Made by a program: the position numbers and the translations under genes. From contig NC_042999.1 in the NCBI RefSeq assembly GCF_006345805.1, forward strand, positions 123,876,001 through 123,940,000: 64,000 bases of DNA. The letters are read 5' to 3'. This DNA comes from Octopus sinensis. Its lineage: Eukaryota. Of this stretch, positions 11,701-24,688 are shown piece by piece (within the stretch, counting starts at the first letter, position 1; every line of letters begins with the position of its first letter). Below the pieces are notes generated by a model. The model did not search any database. It was not told the DNA's origin and saw only the letters and a list, made by a program, of their open reading frames with translations.

Positions 11701-13649
11701 AATCTATTATTAATTTCAGGCCAAGAAAATTAAGCGATTAACCAGATGTTATACTTGAAGTAGATAAAAATACTCAGCAACATACTCAAATACTTTCCTA
11801 CAATCCTAGAGCGGCATTTCATTTTCAACTCACATGTCCTGGAGTAGTAATCTTGCAGAATGTTTTGCCCGGTTTCAGGTACATTTTACAGCAAATAAAA
11901 TTTCTTCTGAAGCTAAAAATGCAGCTTATTAATAAGTATCTTAACAGCAACTAAGAACTGAACTGTTGAGGTATGGAGGTCTGATGTGGACATATTAAAC
12001 CTGCACCTCCTAAAAAAAAAAACAACTAGCATCACTCATTCATAGATGCACAACCAATATATCTTCATATACAATTTGATAAATCGTGATTATGAACAAT
12101 AAAGACCTCAAGACACAGCTTCACATGATATAACAGCACAGCAGCATGTCAGCTATATCGGTGCTGTAAGTTTGACAGATACAACTTCACCAAATGTATC
12201 TCTCCTCCCATTTTATCTTCATATCCAAATCGCTTCATGGTTTATTTCGATCTATTACCAGCATGTGGTTCATTGCCTCAAACACTACTGACCATGATTT
12301 TGTTACTGTTAAGTTCACTTTGCACCATGATCTTGCTGAAACAACAGCTAACCATAGCTTAATTCAAGTTCTTTCATTCCTTTGCACAGACTAAGCCACC
12401 TCAACAAATTGCATAAGCATTGATCATATGAATGGATACAAGCAACTATTATAATCACACCAAGCTTACAATTACTCATCCTACTTTGTCCATTTGCAAC
12501 AAGTGAATAACTACTTCAAACGGAAGTTTTTAGCCAGCTAGTTTCACTGTGATACATGAGTCTGAAGATGTGAATTATTCTGCCAGTTACAGTAAAAAAA
12601 ATATATCTTTTTATAATTTTGAAACATTTGCCATTTAGTTGGCATTTGCAAAAATACCATCATAAAACGTCCTCAAGTCACTTTTTACCCAGGCAACTTA
12701 ACTAAAATGTTTGAAATGACCATCATCAGACACAAGCCATATTGCCTTTATGACCATCAAACCAGCCAACATTAAACAAACACAAGTCTCCATCTCATCA
12801 CCGCTGACAACCAGATTATCTTCATCTTCATGACAAACCATAGAAAACAGTGCTTTGTCATTGCTTTTCTTAAACCATCAAAGTATATTGAAAACAGCTA
12901 CCTCAAATTTACATCATACAAGCTTTTTCACTTGCAACTGATTTTCAATTCTGTAGCATTCGATGGCTATTATTAAAGTACAAGTTCACATTCATAACTC
13001 AACTCGACATATCCTATCAAATAGTCCACCATGATCACTGTCATCATTTTGCTTTATATACAGAAAGTATGCAAACATTGTTCAACTTCTACAAATTTTC
13101 CTTTCTGACTGTGACAGTGATGTATCTCAGATTTCCTTCAGAGTATACAGACTACCTGGCATGTGCAAAATATTTTCACCAGCTATGTCACCACCATAGT
13201 TGCATAAGCAACCCTCAGGCACACACTATTAGCAAATTAACTTGCAATTAAATGCTTATACATCTTATTCATTCTGTAATTTTTAATGACTATTTCTATA
13301 TAAGAATGTTTTCCAAAAATTCAATACTTAAAGGAATGAATTGAATAATTCCATTTGCTGTTATTTTACTTGGTATTTATTTTCTCTAGAATTGTTTCCC
13401 CTGCTACTGCCTTGTTGCTACAATAGAGAAAACTCATATGGTGACATGCTGCACATACAGTGTGCTAGAGGTTAATTTGCATTCTTAAAGTTTATTACAT
13501 TCATTACAAGCATTAACACACACATGTAGTTTCATTCCTTGATTTCATTCATTTGTCTTATAAAAAATGCACAGCTATGAGATTCCAGAAGCAGATAGCT
13601 TTTGCAGATTCAAACCTACATTTAGGTTCAAAGTTAAACTCACTTATGA

Positions 13650-13880
13650 TAGACATTACCATATTTTGAGATGTTGGCCAGAGCTTGCTGTGATATATCT
13701 TTGAACCTTATCAAAATGCCTGTTGGCACTTTTATCCAGCCAGTTGCTTTAGTTTTGATAGGGGTAACCCCCCCCCCCAAAAAAAAAGAAAGTTTAATTT
13801 TTATGCCTTCATACCAAAAGAAACATCCAATGAGGCTTTTAGCAAGCCTATATAAACCTGGATTTTGAGTTCTTTTTCTA
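13650..13880 (-). mobile_element. Possible decayed LINE reverse-transcriptase fragment
   Basis: Minus strand reads ..LLKASLDVSFGMK..KLN..KTKA..ANISKYG, loosely resembling the RT GLxIN..KTK..FKYLG region. Confidence 0.3.
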
Positions 13881-14344
13881 GAGACTTTTCTTATTGTGTC
13901 CAGAGACCCTCATTAGGTCCACATTAATAAGACATCTCTCAGCTCTCTCATTTGTATCCACTGTCCTTTATTTTGCATATATTTACTTACAGAAAGACAA
14001 CAAATTGTAAATTAGTATACTATTACTTAGTGTTATTAAAAACATGCCTCAACTTGTCACTATTTTTTCTTCACCACAGTTTAAATTCATAATACAACTA
14101 AAAACGAGCATAAAATGAGATATTTAGTTTGGTGCTCAACCTTTTCTTTAATTAGACTCTAATGTGGGTACTAATCCAGAAGGGTTAGTTAACTTCTAAT
14201 AGACACTAAGAGAGAGGGTTAATGGGAGGACTAACAAAACCTAGTACATGATTGTAGCTTAGATTAATAAGAATAAGGCAAAGTCAGGCCTGGCAGTGAA
14301 GTGGGATGGGTGTCTGGTGCTCAAAATGTTAAGACATTTAGTTT

Positions 14345-14578
14345 ATCTTTCTACTGTTTAGCATTTGGGTTACTCAGTCAAATATTATGTTCATTTATTC
14401 ACATTCTTTTGAATTAATCAAGCATTTTGTTGTAACTTTGAGATTTTGATTATATGTTCGTTTATTTTTAGAGTGACATTGTAGGGCATGCACGAGAGGC
14501 TGAATCTGGTTGGCTTGAGCATAAATCAAAGTAGAATATTCAGGTTGGATATGGCCAGTTTGAATGCTAAAAGGTTAA
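14345..14578 (-). mobile_element. piggyBac-like MITE (TTAA-ended family)
   Basis: Ends in AATGCTAAAAGGTTAA; related to 30915-31525. Confidence 0.5.
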
Positions 14579-14624
14579 TGACATATCGTTATAGTAATAG
14601 TTAAAAATTATACTGAATATTTTC

Positions 14625-14785
14625 ACAAGATCAGCAATTTTAGGGAGCGGCCCCAGTGCTCAACTGGTACTATTTTGTTGATTCTGAAAGGATGAAAGGC
14701 AATGTCGACCCCTGCAGGATTTGAAATCAGAACTTAAATGCTACAAAGTATTTTGTTCGATCTATTAGCAATTCTGACAGCTCAC
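14625..14785 (-). mobile_element. SINE family B
   Basis: CCCCAGTGCTCAACTGGTAC..GATGAAAGGCAATGTCGACC..GATTTGAAATCAGAAC. Confidence 0.75.
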
Positions 14786-14807
14786 TACTTTTATAAAAAT
14801 GGTAATG

Positions 14808-14847
<40 letters not shown>

Positions 14848-14864
14848 TAATAATAATAATAATG

Positions 14865-15460
14865 CTCTGATGCAGTACCAGGCAGTGGCTTTCGTGGTTT
14901 CTTATCTTAACAGATTGGAAGTGTTATCATGTACATTGTTTTGTACATTGTCTTGGTATAAAAGATGGGCTACAGCAAGTATTCTGCTCAATACCACAGA
15001 TCTGCTAGTCAGTGGTTTGACCATAACCAGTTGAGCATGTCACTTAGTGGCTGACGATACGTGCATCTCAGATCATGAGCAGAAGTAGTGGGAGAGCATC
15101 AAAGCCATGTGTTGAGAGGAATTCTTTGGAGTTTGGATAATTCACCTCTGGAAATGTGGGTGTTTTGTTCAACATCCTTAAACAACCCTTATTCAGGGAC
15201 CTTTTGAGTGGGATGGGCTACTCAGCCTGATGAAAATTTAACTGGGCCCCACCTGCAAGGTCTTGCGCTGTTAGTCTTGATATGAGATCATCATGTCATG
15301 CACATATGGTTGTGATGCATGTGCCTAGTGTACCCTTATCAAATGGATAGTTACGATGGGTATACTGGGCTTTGTATATTTTACCCCAGTGTCACTTTGA
15401 ATTCATGCACTGCTCTCTCACTCACTCAACAACAACAATGACGACGACAATAATAATAAT
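14865..15460 (+). mobile_element. About 570-bp non-LTR-type element/3' tail embedded in (AAT)n
   Basis: Near-full-length inverted homolog at 19455-20011; both copies are flanked by AAT/TTA repeats. Confidence 0.75.
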
Positions 15461-16256
15461 GATAAGACTTCTAACTGAATAAAGAAAATACATGGACTTT
15501 TGTATTTAATGGAAAATCCTTTGTCATAAATGAAAAAAACAAAACAATGAAAAGCTTAAAAATACAAATGTTATCTGGAACTTTTGTAAGTAAAAAATTT
15601 CAATTACTTTTCATCTTTTTTAGTCTCATGAAAAAGCTTAAATTGACTATAGTTTGTTTGTTACTGATTTTCCCCATAGAAATTGACAAGCTGTATACAG
15701 AGACAAAATATCAGCAAGAACAACAAAAGGATTCCATTTAAATGGAATTTGTGGTTTGAGTTTCATTCAAGCCAACTAATGGAGCAGTTAGCACCTGGTG
15801 CATGGATTTATTTATTTATTCCAGTTTGTTAAAAAAAAGCTTAAGTACCTATGACATTTTCAGAGTTTTACCATACTATTCAGGATGATATAGTTAATGC
15901 TAAACATCAGTAGGCTGACACGTAGAGGGAAATAATTGCAGAGAGGGAATTGCAGGGCTTAGTGCCAAGTTTGCTAAAGGTAAAGCACACTATGTAGCTT
16001 GTTAATTAGCAAGAACAGATGACATAGCAGTTGGAATAAAAGTGAGAAATCACAATACATCTTTGAATCAGTGATTATAGCATGTTGGTGAGAGAATCTT
16101 TACCAACCATCAATTTAACTTTCTTTTTGAAGTGTGTTCTAGGATGTTTGCACATGCAGCAGTACATGCAGTATTATTCCAGATATGTTTGAAGTGAAAT
16201 ACATTTTCTAAATCTGGGCCAGTGCTGCTGCTGTTGCACACACAAACAACCTTGTC

Positions 16257-16806
16257 CAGTGTTTCCCAACCTATTTTCCCCACGGACCCACCATAATCTT
16301 CCAGAAAATGTACGCCACACTGGTGGTTGAGAAAAGAAACAACTTTATTTTCAATATTTTATCACAATTATTTGATACAATATAATCTATTGGTAGCTCT
16401 TTTATTAAGTAATGAGTACAAAAAAGTACTTTATTGACTAAGAATAAAAGCACAAATCACTTTAATGAGAACTTTATGCCTAGCAACTATGGCACCATGC
16501 CACACCACCGAGGCATACAATCGGGGTCAAAAGTTTGAAATAGAGGGTCTGAAAATCAGAACGTTCATATTAAATGCCCAAAGTTATATTTAATTTGCAA
16601 TATATTATTACTCATTACTCGGCCAAACATTTGAAACAGGTTTGAAAATTTTTTCTTCTAGATATTGAACCTTTGGATCAGTTGTTAGGTATTTCTTTAC
16701 TTTGTATATATTAGAATTGAATTGTCCTTGGGCATAACAATTTAAATTTTTCTAAAATGTTCCAAACTTTTGGCCACGACTGTATGCCCCTTGTTGGAAA
16801 CCATTG
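16257..16806. mobile_element. hAT-like MITE split by a Tc1 MITE
   Basis: Ends CAGTGTTTCCCAAC / GTTGGAAACCATTG; no clear 8-bp TSD. Confidence 0.55.
16518..16782. mobile_element. Tc1-like MITE (265 bp) with TA TSD
   Basis: TA|CAATCGGGGTCAAAAGTTTGAAA matches reverse complement of the right end TA|CAGTCGTGGCCAAAAGTTTGGAA, a typical Tc1 TIR. Confidence 0.85.
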
Positions 16807-18896
16807 GCCTGGATTTATCCAGAAAAATCTACTTGACAGACTGGCATGATAGTTAAGATGAAGTGAAGAGTGGTAATTTTGAAGAGGAGTATGTGTTATA
16901 TAGAAAGAAGTGTATGGGAGACAAAAACCAAACTTCAAGTTTATATTATCAGAGTAAATAGACTATGGTTTAGAGAGATCTTCAACACAAAGAACAGTCT
17001 GATAGGAAACCTCTAATTGAATATATGAGAAATGAATTGGGGCTGTGGTGGGCACAACTTAGTTAAGAAAGCTTTGTTGGTTTCAAGGGCAAAAATTTGT
17101 TTTTAATGAAGCGCTCTCAAGGATGAGATACCACTGATACGTGACACATGAGAGCAAATCTCTTATAGATCTAGTTTTAATGAAACCTTATTGGCTGGTC
17201 ATGTGGAGGAAGAGAAACTTAAGATGAAGTAGTAAATATTTGCTTATATTGTTTCCATCGCCTTTGAAATGTTGATTGCAAAGATGATAGATAAACTGGT
17301 TAGGTCAAAGATTTTAGCCTTCCTGGGAATAATATATACTGTTGTGTGTTTCTATAGATAGAGTTAGACTCATGTCCAAAATCGAAATAAATATTGTAAA
17401 CTATGGAAGAAGAGAAACTCATTGTGTAGTACACAGTTGAGGAATGTTTGTCTTAGTGGATTGGAGAAAATGAAGTTTTAGAACTCAAGTATAGTGTGTA
17501 TGCAGTCAGGAGTCTAGCTAAGTAGAGAAGAAAGTTTGAGGATTTTCTTCAGCAGTCCATCATGTGTTGGGGGAGGGTATGTATGTATGTGTGTGTGTGC
17601 ATATGCAAGAGTTCATGCATATATGCATGAGTAATCAAATACATGCTTATGAATATGCATGCATAGTAAACATATGCACATGAATGGACGGATAAAGAAA
17701 CATTATTCAGTAATTACTTTTATTTAACTGCGGCTACAAACATTACATCATCCAGACAGGAATGGGATGTATTGTATTGCAATAATAGTTGAATATACCA
17801 CACTAATTTTTTTGTTCTTTTATTTGAATATTTTGGTCTGTCTCAGATATAATATTTAGAACCACTCCAAAGAGTTTTTTTGCAAGCTAGAAAATCTATT
17901 TTATTTTTAGTCATAATTTTCTTTATTTTTAACTATGGCATTTTTGTATGGGATTTTAGTACAACATATAATTGTCATGAAAGTTGTGACTGTTTTTCAA
18001 ATTCACTTAGCGAATATCTCTTCTCGATCAGGTTTGCATCTAGATTTTTTTCTTCTTTCTCTTTGGTCTTTTTAAATGATGATTCCTTTTAATCACATAA
18101 AATATGAACATGTTTTTCAAATCTTCCATTAATGAGGGAGCTATTCTTGTCAAGAAAATTTGCAGTGTCCATTATTATCCATGAGGATAACAAAAATTAA
18201 AATAGCCTGCCACAAATACTTTCTGAAAGATACATTAGCAATATGTAGCATGCTTGAAAAATGTAAGCTGATTTAGGTTGATGTATGGTTGTCTGCTGTT
18301 ATTGTGTTGCTGTCTGTACAGCTGACAAACTGGCACCTTCTGTCTGTAGCCTAGAGCAGAACCACTCCAAACCATTTCCACTTGTAATTATGAATAGCTT
18401 AAAATTTACAAAATAATTGGTAAATAAATGTCCATGAAATTTTTAAAAGCTTTTATAATAAATTTGTTTTTTGAGTGTGAGAAGGAATAGAGGGGAAGAC
18501 AAAACAGAGACACAGTATGTAGTCAAAGTATTCGTATAATCATTTTTCCATCCTTATTTTTATATTTTTTTTATTTCAGTTCCAGATTGACATCACCCAA
18601 CTCCATTAAAAAAAAAACTTATTTGGATGAATTTCTTTTCAGACAGATATAAACAAACCATAGATTAAAGAAAATAACAATTCAAAACTGATTTTGCCTT
18701 TTTGCCTTTAAATATCAGATCTATAAGTTTAAAGAAGTTATACATAAAATCCAGACAGACTTGAATACTTAAAAATAGTTTGATTTTCTTTTTCTCAGAC
18801 AATGTCAAATCTCTTGACAATATTTCAACAACAATACAAGGCAATGATTAAATAGCACAGAAAGCAGAAAACTAGATTAGAATATTCACTTCATAT

Positions 18897-19085
18897 TGTG
18901 GCACAAGGCCAGCAATTTCAATGGGGGTGGGGATAAATTGATTACATTGACCTCGTTGCTCAACTGGTACCTTTTTTATTGACCCTGCCCCCATGCACCG
19001 AAGTTGACTTTGGTGGAATTTGAACTCAGGGCATAAAGATGAACAAGCATTTTGTCCAGTGCGCTAGGAATTTTGCCAGCTCATC
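18897..19085 (-). mobile_element. SINE family B with 17-bp TSD
   Basis: AAACTAGATTAGAATAT at 18869-18885 and 19093-19109. Confidence 0.85.
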
Positions 19086-19429
19086 AAATTATAAACTAGA
19101 TTAGAATATCGATAGTATCTTGTTCTGAGACATGTATTTCTTAATTTATTTCCTTTTTCAGGTAAATCAGATGAATACCAGTAATATACTAAAATCTTGT
19201 AATATATCAAAATGCCATATATAAATTAGTAAATATTTTCAAGGATGAACAGAAAATTACTGGTTCCCCTGTTTGAACTTTTATCCTTTTCTTTCAAATT
19301 TATATATTCATCATCACCATCATTTAATGTCCACTTTTCCATACTTACATGGGTAGGACAGAGTTTGCTGAGCCAGATTTTCGATGGTCAGATGCCCTTC
19401 AAGCCACAGGATGGGCAACTGACCATAAG

Positions 19430-19454
<25 letters not shown>

Positions 19455-19463
<9 letters not shown>

Positions 19464-20041
19464 CATTATTATTGAGTAAGAGAGCAGCGCATGCCATCAA
19501 AGTGATACTGGGGTAAAATATACAAAGCCCAGTATACCCATCATGACTACCCATCTGATAAGAGTACACTAGACACATGCATCACAACCATATGTGCGCA
19601 ACATGGTGATCTCATATCAAGATAAACAGCACATGACCTTGCAAGTGGGGCCCAGTTAGAATTTTCTTCTCATCAAGTAACCCATCTTGCTCAAATAGTC
19701 CCTGAATAAGGGTTGTTTAAGGATGTTGAACAAAACACCTATGTTTCCAGAGATGAATTATTCAGACTCCAAAGAACCCCTCTCAACACATGGCTATGAT
19801 GCTCCCCCACTACTTCTGCTCGTGATCAGAGATGCACATATCATCAGCCACTAAGGGACATGGTCAACTGGTTACGGTCAAACAACTGACAAGCAAATCT
19901 GTGGTATTGAGCAGAATATTTGCTGTAGCCCATCTTTTATACCAAGACAAAACAATGTACGTGATAATACTACCAATCAGTTAAGATCAGAAGCCACGAG
20001 AGCCACTGCCTGAGCAAATCTGTAGTATTGAGCAGAATATT
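19455..20041 (-). mobile_element. Inverted copy of the 14865 element, in (TTA)n
   Basis: Colinear reverse-complement similarity to 14865-15425. Confidence 0.75.
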
Positions 20042-20044
20042 TTA

Positions 20045-20080
<36 letters not shown>

Positions 20081-20374
20081 GTTTGACTTTTGCTTTGTAT
20101 TTCTACAAGCTGACCCAAGTCTCACCCAGAGACTTCAAGAGAACTACAAATTAGAAGTTTGTGTTATGACTGTGGTGCCATATATTGGTTTTGCACCTAT
20201 GACAACAAATATTGTTTTAGTTTTGAGGTTCTACATTTTGCCAATTTCTATTTCAATTTCTTTATACTTGCTCAGCTTTTGGTAGGTCTTGACAGATACA
20301 TGTATGTCGACTGGAACATTATTATTATTATTATTATTATTACTACTAATACTACTACTACTTTTATTATTATT

Positions 20375-20845
20375 AAGATGGTAAGTTGGCAGAATTATTA
20401 GCACACAGAGCAACATGCTTAACAGTTTCTCATCTGTCTTCACATTCTGAGTTCAAATTCCACTGAGGTCGACTTTGTCTTCCATCATTTCAGGGTCGAT
20501 AAAAATGACTACCAGTTGAGCACTGGGGTTGATGTAATCGACTTAACCTCTCCATGTGAAATTGATGGCCCTGTACCAAATTTGACCACCATTATTATTA
20601 TTATTATTATCATCATCATTATTTTTATTAAGGTGGTGAGCTGGCAGAATCATTAGCATGCCAGGCAAAATGCTTATTGGCATTGGCCCATCCTTATGTT
20701 CCGAACTCAAATTCTGCCAAAGTTGACTTTGCCTTTCATCCTTTTGGGATCAATAAATTAAGTACCAGTTGAGTACTGGGGCCAATGTAATCAACTATCC
20801 CACCTTCCCTAAATTTCAGGCCTCGTGCCTACAGCAGAGAGGATT
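20375..20845 (+). mobile_element. Two tandem family B SINEs separated by (ATT)n
   Basis: Copies at about 20375-20590 and 20630-20845, with different 3' tails. Confidence 0.85.
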
Positions 20846-21187
20846 GTTATGATTATTATTATTATTATTATTGAGAGAGCAGTGCCTGTCATCAAAGTGA
20901 CATATTAATATAATCAACCCCCAACCCCCACCTGCTTGCATTAACCTATACCTCAGATATCTAGTCATTTTCTCAACTTACACGTAACTTCCTTCTGAAT
21001 AAACATTGATATGCAAAAGGTTTCTTTCATTTATCTTTATATACTGCAGCCTTCAAGACACTTTTCACTCTTGTACAGCATCACATATTTCATGCAAGGA
21101 GCATATCATCTTATTATTGATGTTTCTGAGTAGCTGAAATAGGTCTATGATATTGAGGTAGCAAATAAATCTAGTTTATGGGATTCT

Positions 21188-21625
21188 TTTATTCTTTTAC
21201 TCTTTTCAGTCATTTGACTGTGGCCATGCTGGAGCACCATTTTCAAGGGTTTTAGTCAAACAAATCAACTCCAGAACTTATTTTTTGAAATCTAGTAATT
21301 ATTCTATCAGGTTCTTTTGCTGAACCACTAAGTTATAGGAGTTTTGCTGAACCACTAAGTTATACATCAATATTGGTTGTAAAGTAGTGTTTAGGGAACA
21401 AACACAGATACAAAGACACACACACATGGATGTGTACATAAATACATACATACATTTATATATAGCTATACATGATGGGGTTCTTTCAGTTTCCGTCTAC
21501 CAAACCCACTCACAAGGCTTTGGTTGGCCTAAGGCTATAACAAAAGACACTTATGCAAGGTGTCACACTAAATCCAGAACCATGTGGTTGGGGAGCAAGC
21601 TTCTTACCACCCATCCACGCCTACA
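21188..21625 (-). mobile_element. SINE family A with short internal duplication
   Basis: Family similarity; TTTTGCTGAACCACTAAGTTATA repeated at about 21315 and 21341. Confidence 0.85.
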
Positions 21626-22454
21626 TTGCTTTCATTTCATCTTGGTATATAAGATGATCGACATATAGGTTTTAGTTAAATTTCACCATCCACTTGGAAT
21701 TTTAAGTTGTAACCATCTCAATTTTAATAGAATATAATATCTGAATATCTATGGCTTTAATATGCTAATGTCTCTATTTTAATTTCAGTAGGGAGTTTGT
21801 TGTGTGATATTTTGTTGTTATATTAAATGACTGAATAACTACATGAAAGGTATTTTATGAAAAAGCATTTGAAAGAAAAAATTAATAAATGAAATGGCAT
21901 TTCTCTAAATTTTTTCATGTTTCAAATTCTAGCCATTTTCCTTTCATTAATTATACTTTTAACAAAATTCATTGCATTTATGAAAGCCAACAAGTGATTC
22001 TTCATGTGGTCGCTGAGCCTGCTTAAAGATAGCAGCTAAATCCCTCTCAAGTTACATCTTGAAGTCATGAAAGGAGGGGGATAAATTAGATAACATAGTC
22101 TAAGAGAAAGATGAGATGGTCATATCTGGAGTGCCTTTGATCTTAGTCCTACACAGTCAAACCTGACCTAGGGCTAAACAGCAACAACAGCCATAGCAAC
22201 AGCAGCAACTAGTTGTCTTTACCATTATGATTAATGTTTTCTTCGTGTCTGGCATGTCAATCTGTGTGTTGATTTGTGTTGACCTTTCTATCATTCAACA
22301 TGTAATCAAGCTGTAATCATTTCATCTTCTTTTCAGACATACTCTATTCAGAATTAAATTCTGAAATGTATTTTTCCCTTTTTAAGATGGTTAGAAAGTA
22401 GATTAATGGAAATGTGTCTGCTATTGCTTTCAGGTCAAGTGATTGTGCCGACTT

Positions 22455-22567
22455 TATCTCTCTCTCTCTCTCTTCAGACACACACACTCTATAGTATATT
22501 TATATACATACATATATAGGTATATGTGTCTATCCACACACACCCACTATATTATGTATATTTATAT

Positions 22568-22608
<41 letters not shown>

Positions 22609-22835
22609 CACACATATCCACACACACACTCATATATGCATATATGTGTATATATATATATACACACACACTCATATATGCATACATGCGTATTTGTTTG
22701 TGGTATATATATATATATTAGTATGCATCTATATAAATCTATCAGTATGTATGTATGTATGTGTATGTGTGTGTATGCATATTTCTCCTTCTATCTCTCC
22801 CTTTCTTTCTCTCACTCTCTCTTTTTCTTTTCGTC
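22455..22835. repeat. Compound TC/CA/TA low-complexity tract
   Basis: Read directly. Confidence 0.9.
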
Positions 22836-23138
22836 ACTATCACACTCCAACCATCATCCACTATATTTTGATTTTACAGTGGCTAGCAACACAGACTCAG
22901 CACATACAAAAGCAAATCAAAGTGTAGAGGAGACACTTTAAACACATACTCCATCACAACATTTCATATATTAAGCCTTTGAGTCTCAATGTGCAGTAGA
23001 ACAATCCCCTAAAAGTAGATTTACTGAGGACAAAATACTGGCCTTATTGACCAGATCCAATTTTTAATCAATTAGGCTTGGGCAGGGCAATGAGCAACAA
23101 TTAAAAAGCCAATGATGGTACAGGCAAATCTCCCTTAA

Positions 23139-23360
23139 CCCTTTTGATACCAACCCAACCAAAACCGCCCCTGGCCCTGTAGTACAAATGTCTTGTTTTC
23201 AAAAGTTCTGAATTAAAATCTTTCACCAAATCTTAGTTACAATTTATGTTCTTAACACTAGCTTAATGATAACTAGGGTTATTTATTAAATTTCTTGGTA
23301 TAATTAAAGTTAATTGAAAGAAACAAAGAGCATCTCAACAGAAATATGGTAACAAAAGAG
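23139..23360. mobile_element. piggyBac-like MITE with TTAA TSD
   Basis: TTAA|CCCTTTTGATACC ... GGTAACAAAAGAG|TTAA; related partial copies at about 32590-32800 and 50470-50630. Confidence 0.8.
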
Positions 23361-23548
23361 TTAAATTATACTGCAATAGTTTTTCAAAAAGAAAGACAAT
23401 ATTCAAAAATGTAATCCTAGATACAATGTATCTTCAAAAAGTAAAACTAAATAATGGTCACATAACGAACATCTTTAATTGTGGATATGCTGGATCATGG
23501 TTAATCTAAACATATAATTGGTCACCAAACTCATTATCATGTAAGTAT

Positions 23549-23970
23549 AGGCATAGGCATGGGTGTATGGTAAGAAGCTTGCTTTCCAATCACATGGTTC
23601 CAGGTTCAGTCCTACTATGTGGAACCGTGGGTAGGTGTCTTCTACTTTAGCCTCGGGCTGACTAAAGCCTTGTGAGTGGATTTAGTAAATGGAAACTGAA
23701 AGAAGCCAGTCGTATATATGTGTGTGTGTGTGTATGTATATATCAATGTGTGTGTGTGTCCTTGTGTTTGTGTTTGTCCCCCACTATTGCTTGACAACCG
23801 GTGACAGTGTGTTTACATCTATGTAACCTAGCCAAAAGGGATCAACAGAATAACTACTAAGTTTAAAAAAAAAACAAAAGGTTCTAAGGTCAATTTGTTT
23901 AACTAAAATACTTCAAAGCAGTGCTCCAGCATTGCCACAGGTAAATGACTGAAACAAGTAAAGGATAAAT
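23549..23970 (+). mobile_element. SINE family A
   Basis: Complete head, microsatellite and tail. Confidence 0.88.
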
Positions 23971-24441
23971 AATTAAAGAAATAAAAAAAAACGATGTGCT
24001 ACAACAGGGAAAATGTTCAATGATACTCAATCGCAACTTGTTCATCTCGTTGACATTTTCAGTGTATTTGGTTGACCTACGGTTCTGATATTTGTAAATT
24101 TGATAATTATTGCATAGAAAATTAGTTATAGCAAAATGATGATAAAGACAAACTCTTGAACAAGAATCAATTTCACAATATCTGATGGTGGACACCCCCA
24201 CCACACACACACACATACACACGCACAACACTAATCATTGCACTATAGGAATATAATAATCGTTTTCACAATGAAATTAAGCATGCATGCCTTATTTATA
24301 TGCATACCAAATATTCATCATTTTGTAGCTGTATCATCTGAATAAGTGTGGCATATTTGACAGCTTACAGCAACTTGGATTAGAGCAAGTAATCCTAATG
24401 TCCAACATTAATGATTTCGCACATTAGCACAGATCATATAC

Positions 24442-24475
24442 CTGCTGGACGAGGATAAAGTTCATTGTATCGAAT
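24442..24475 (-). CDS. Candidate exon 3 of an unidentified minus-strand gene (IRYNELYPRPA)
   Basis: Acceptor CATTTTTCAG|, donor CAG|GTATAT, 34 nt, CpG-containing; phase 0 start fits the 32276 exon. Confidence 0.4.
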
Positions 24476-24688
24476 CTGAAAAATGATGGCTAATATTTCT
24501 CTTCATCAATTTTAAACAGAAGAAAGTCACTCTAAGCTGGAGCTGAACTCAGAAAATGCCATAATTAAAGAGTAAATGGTATGAGATATTATTTAATTAA
24601 CATTCTATCATTTTCTTACTTGGCATAGTTTCTTGATGAGGAAGAGTTTCTTGTTACTTTAATTCCAAAGTACAAATACATTTTTCAC

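Noticed and set aside
13671-13868. Exon-like segments on both strands, including a possible 66-nt intron
   Set aside because: Better explained as a decayed RT fragment with homopolymer slippage; the acceptor is poor.
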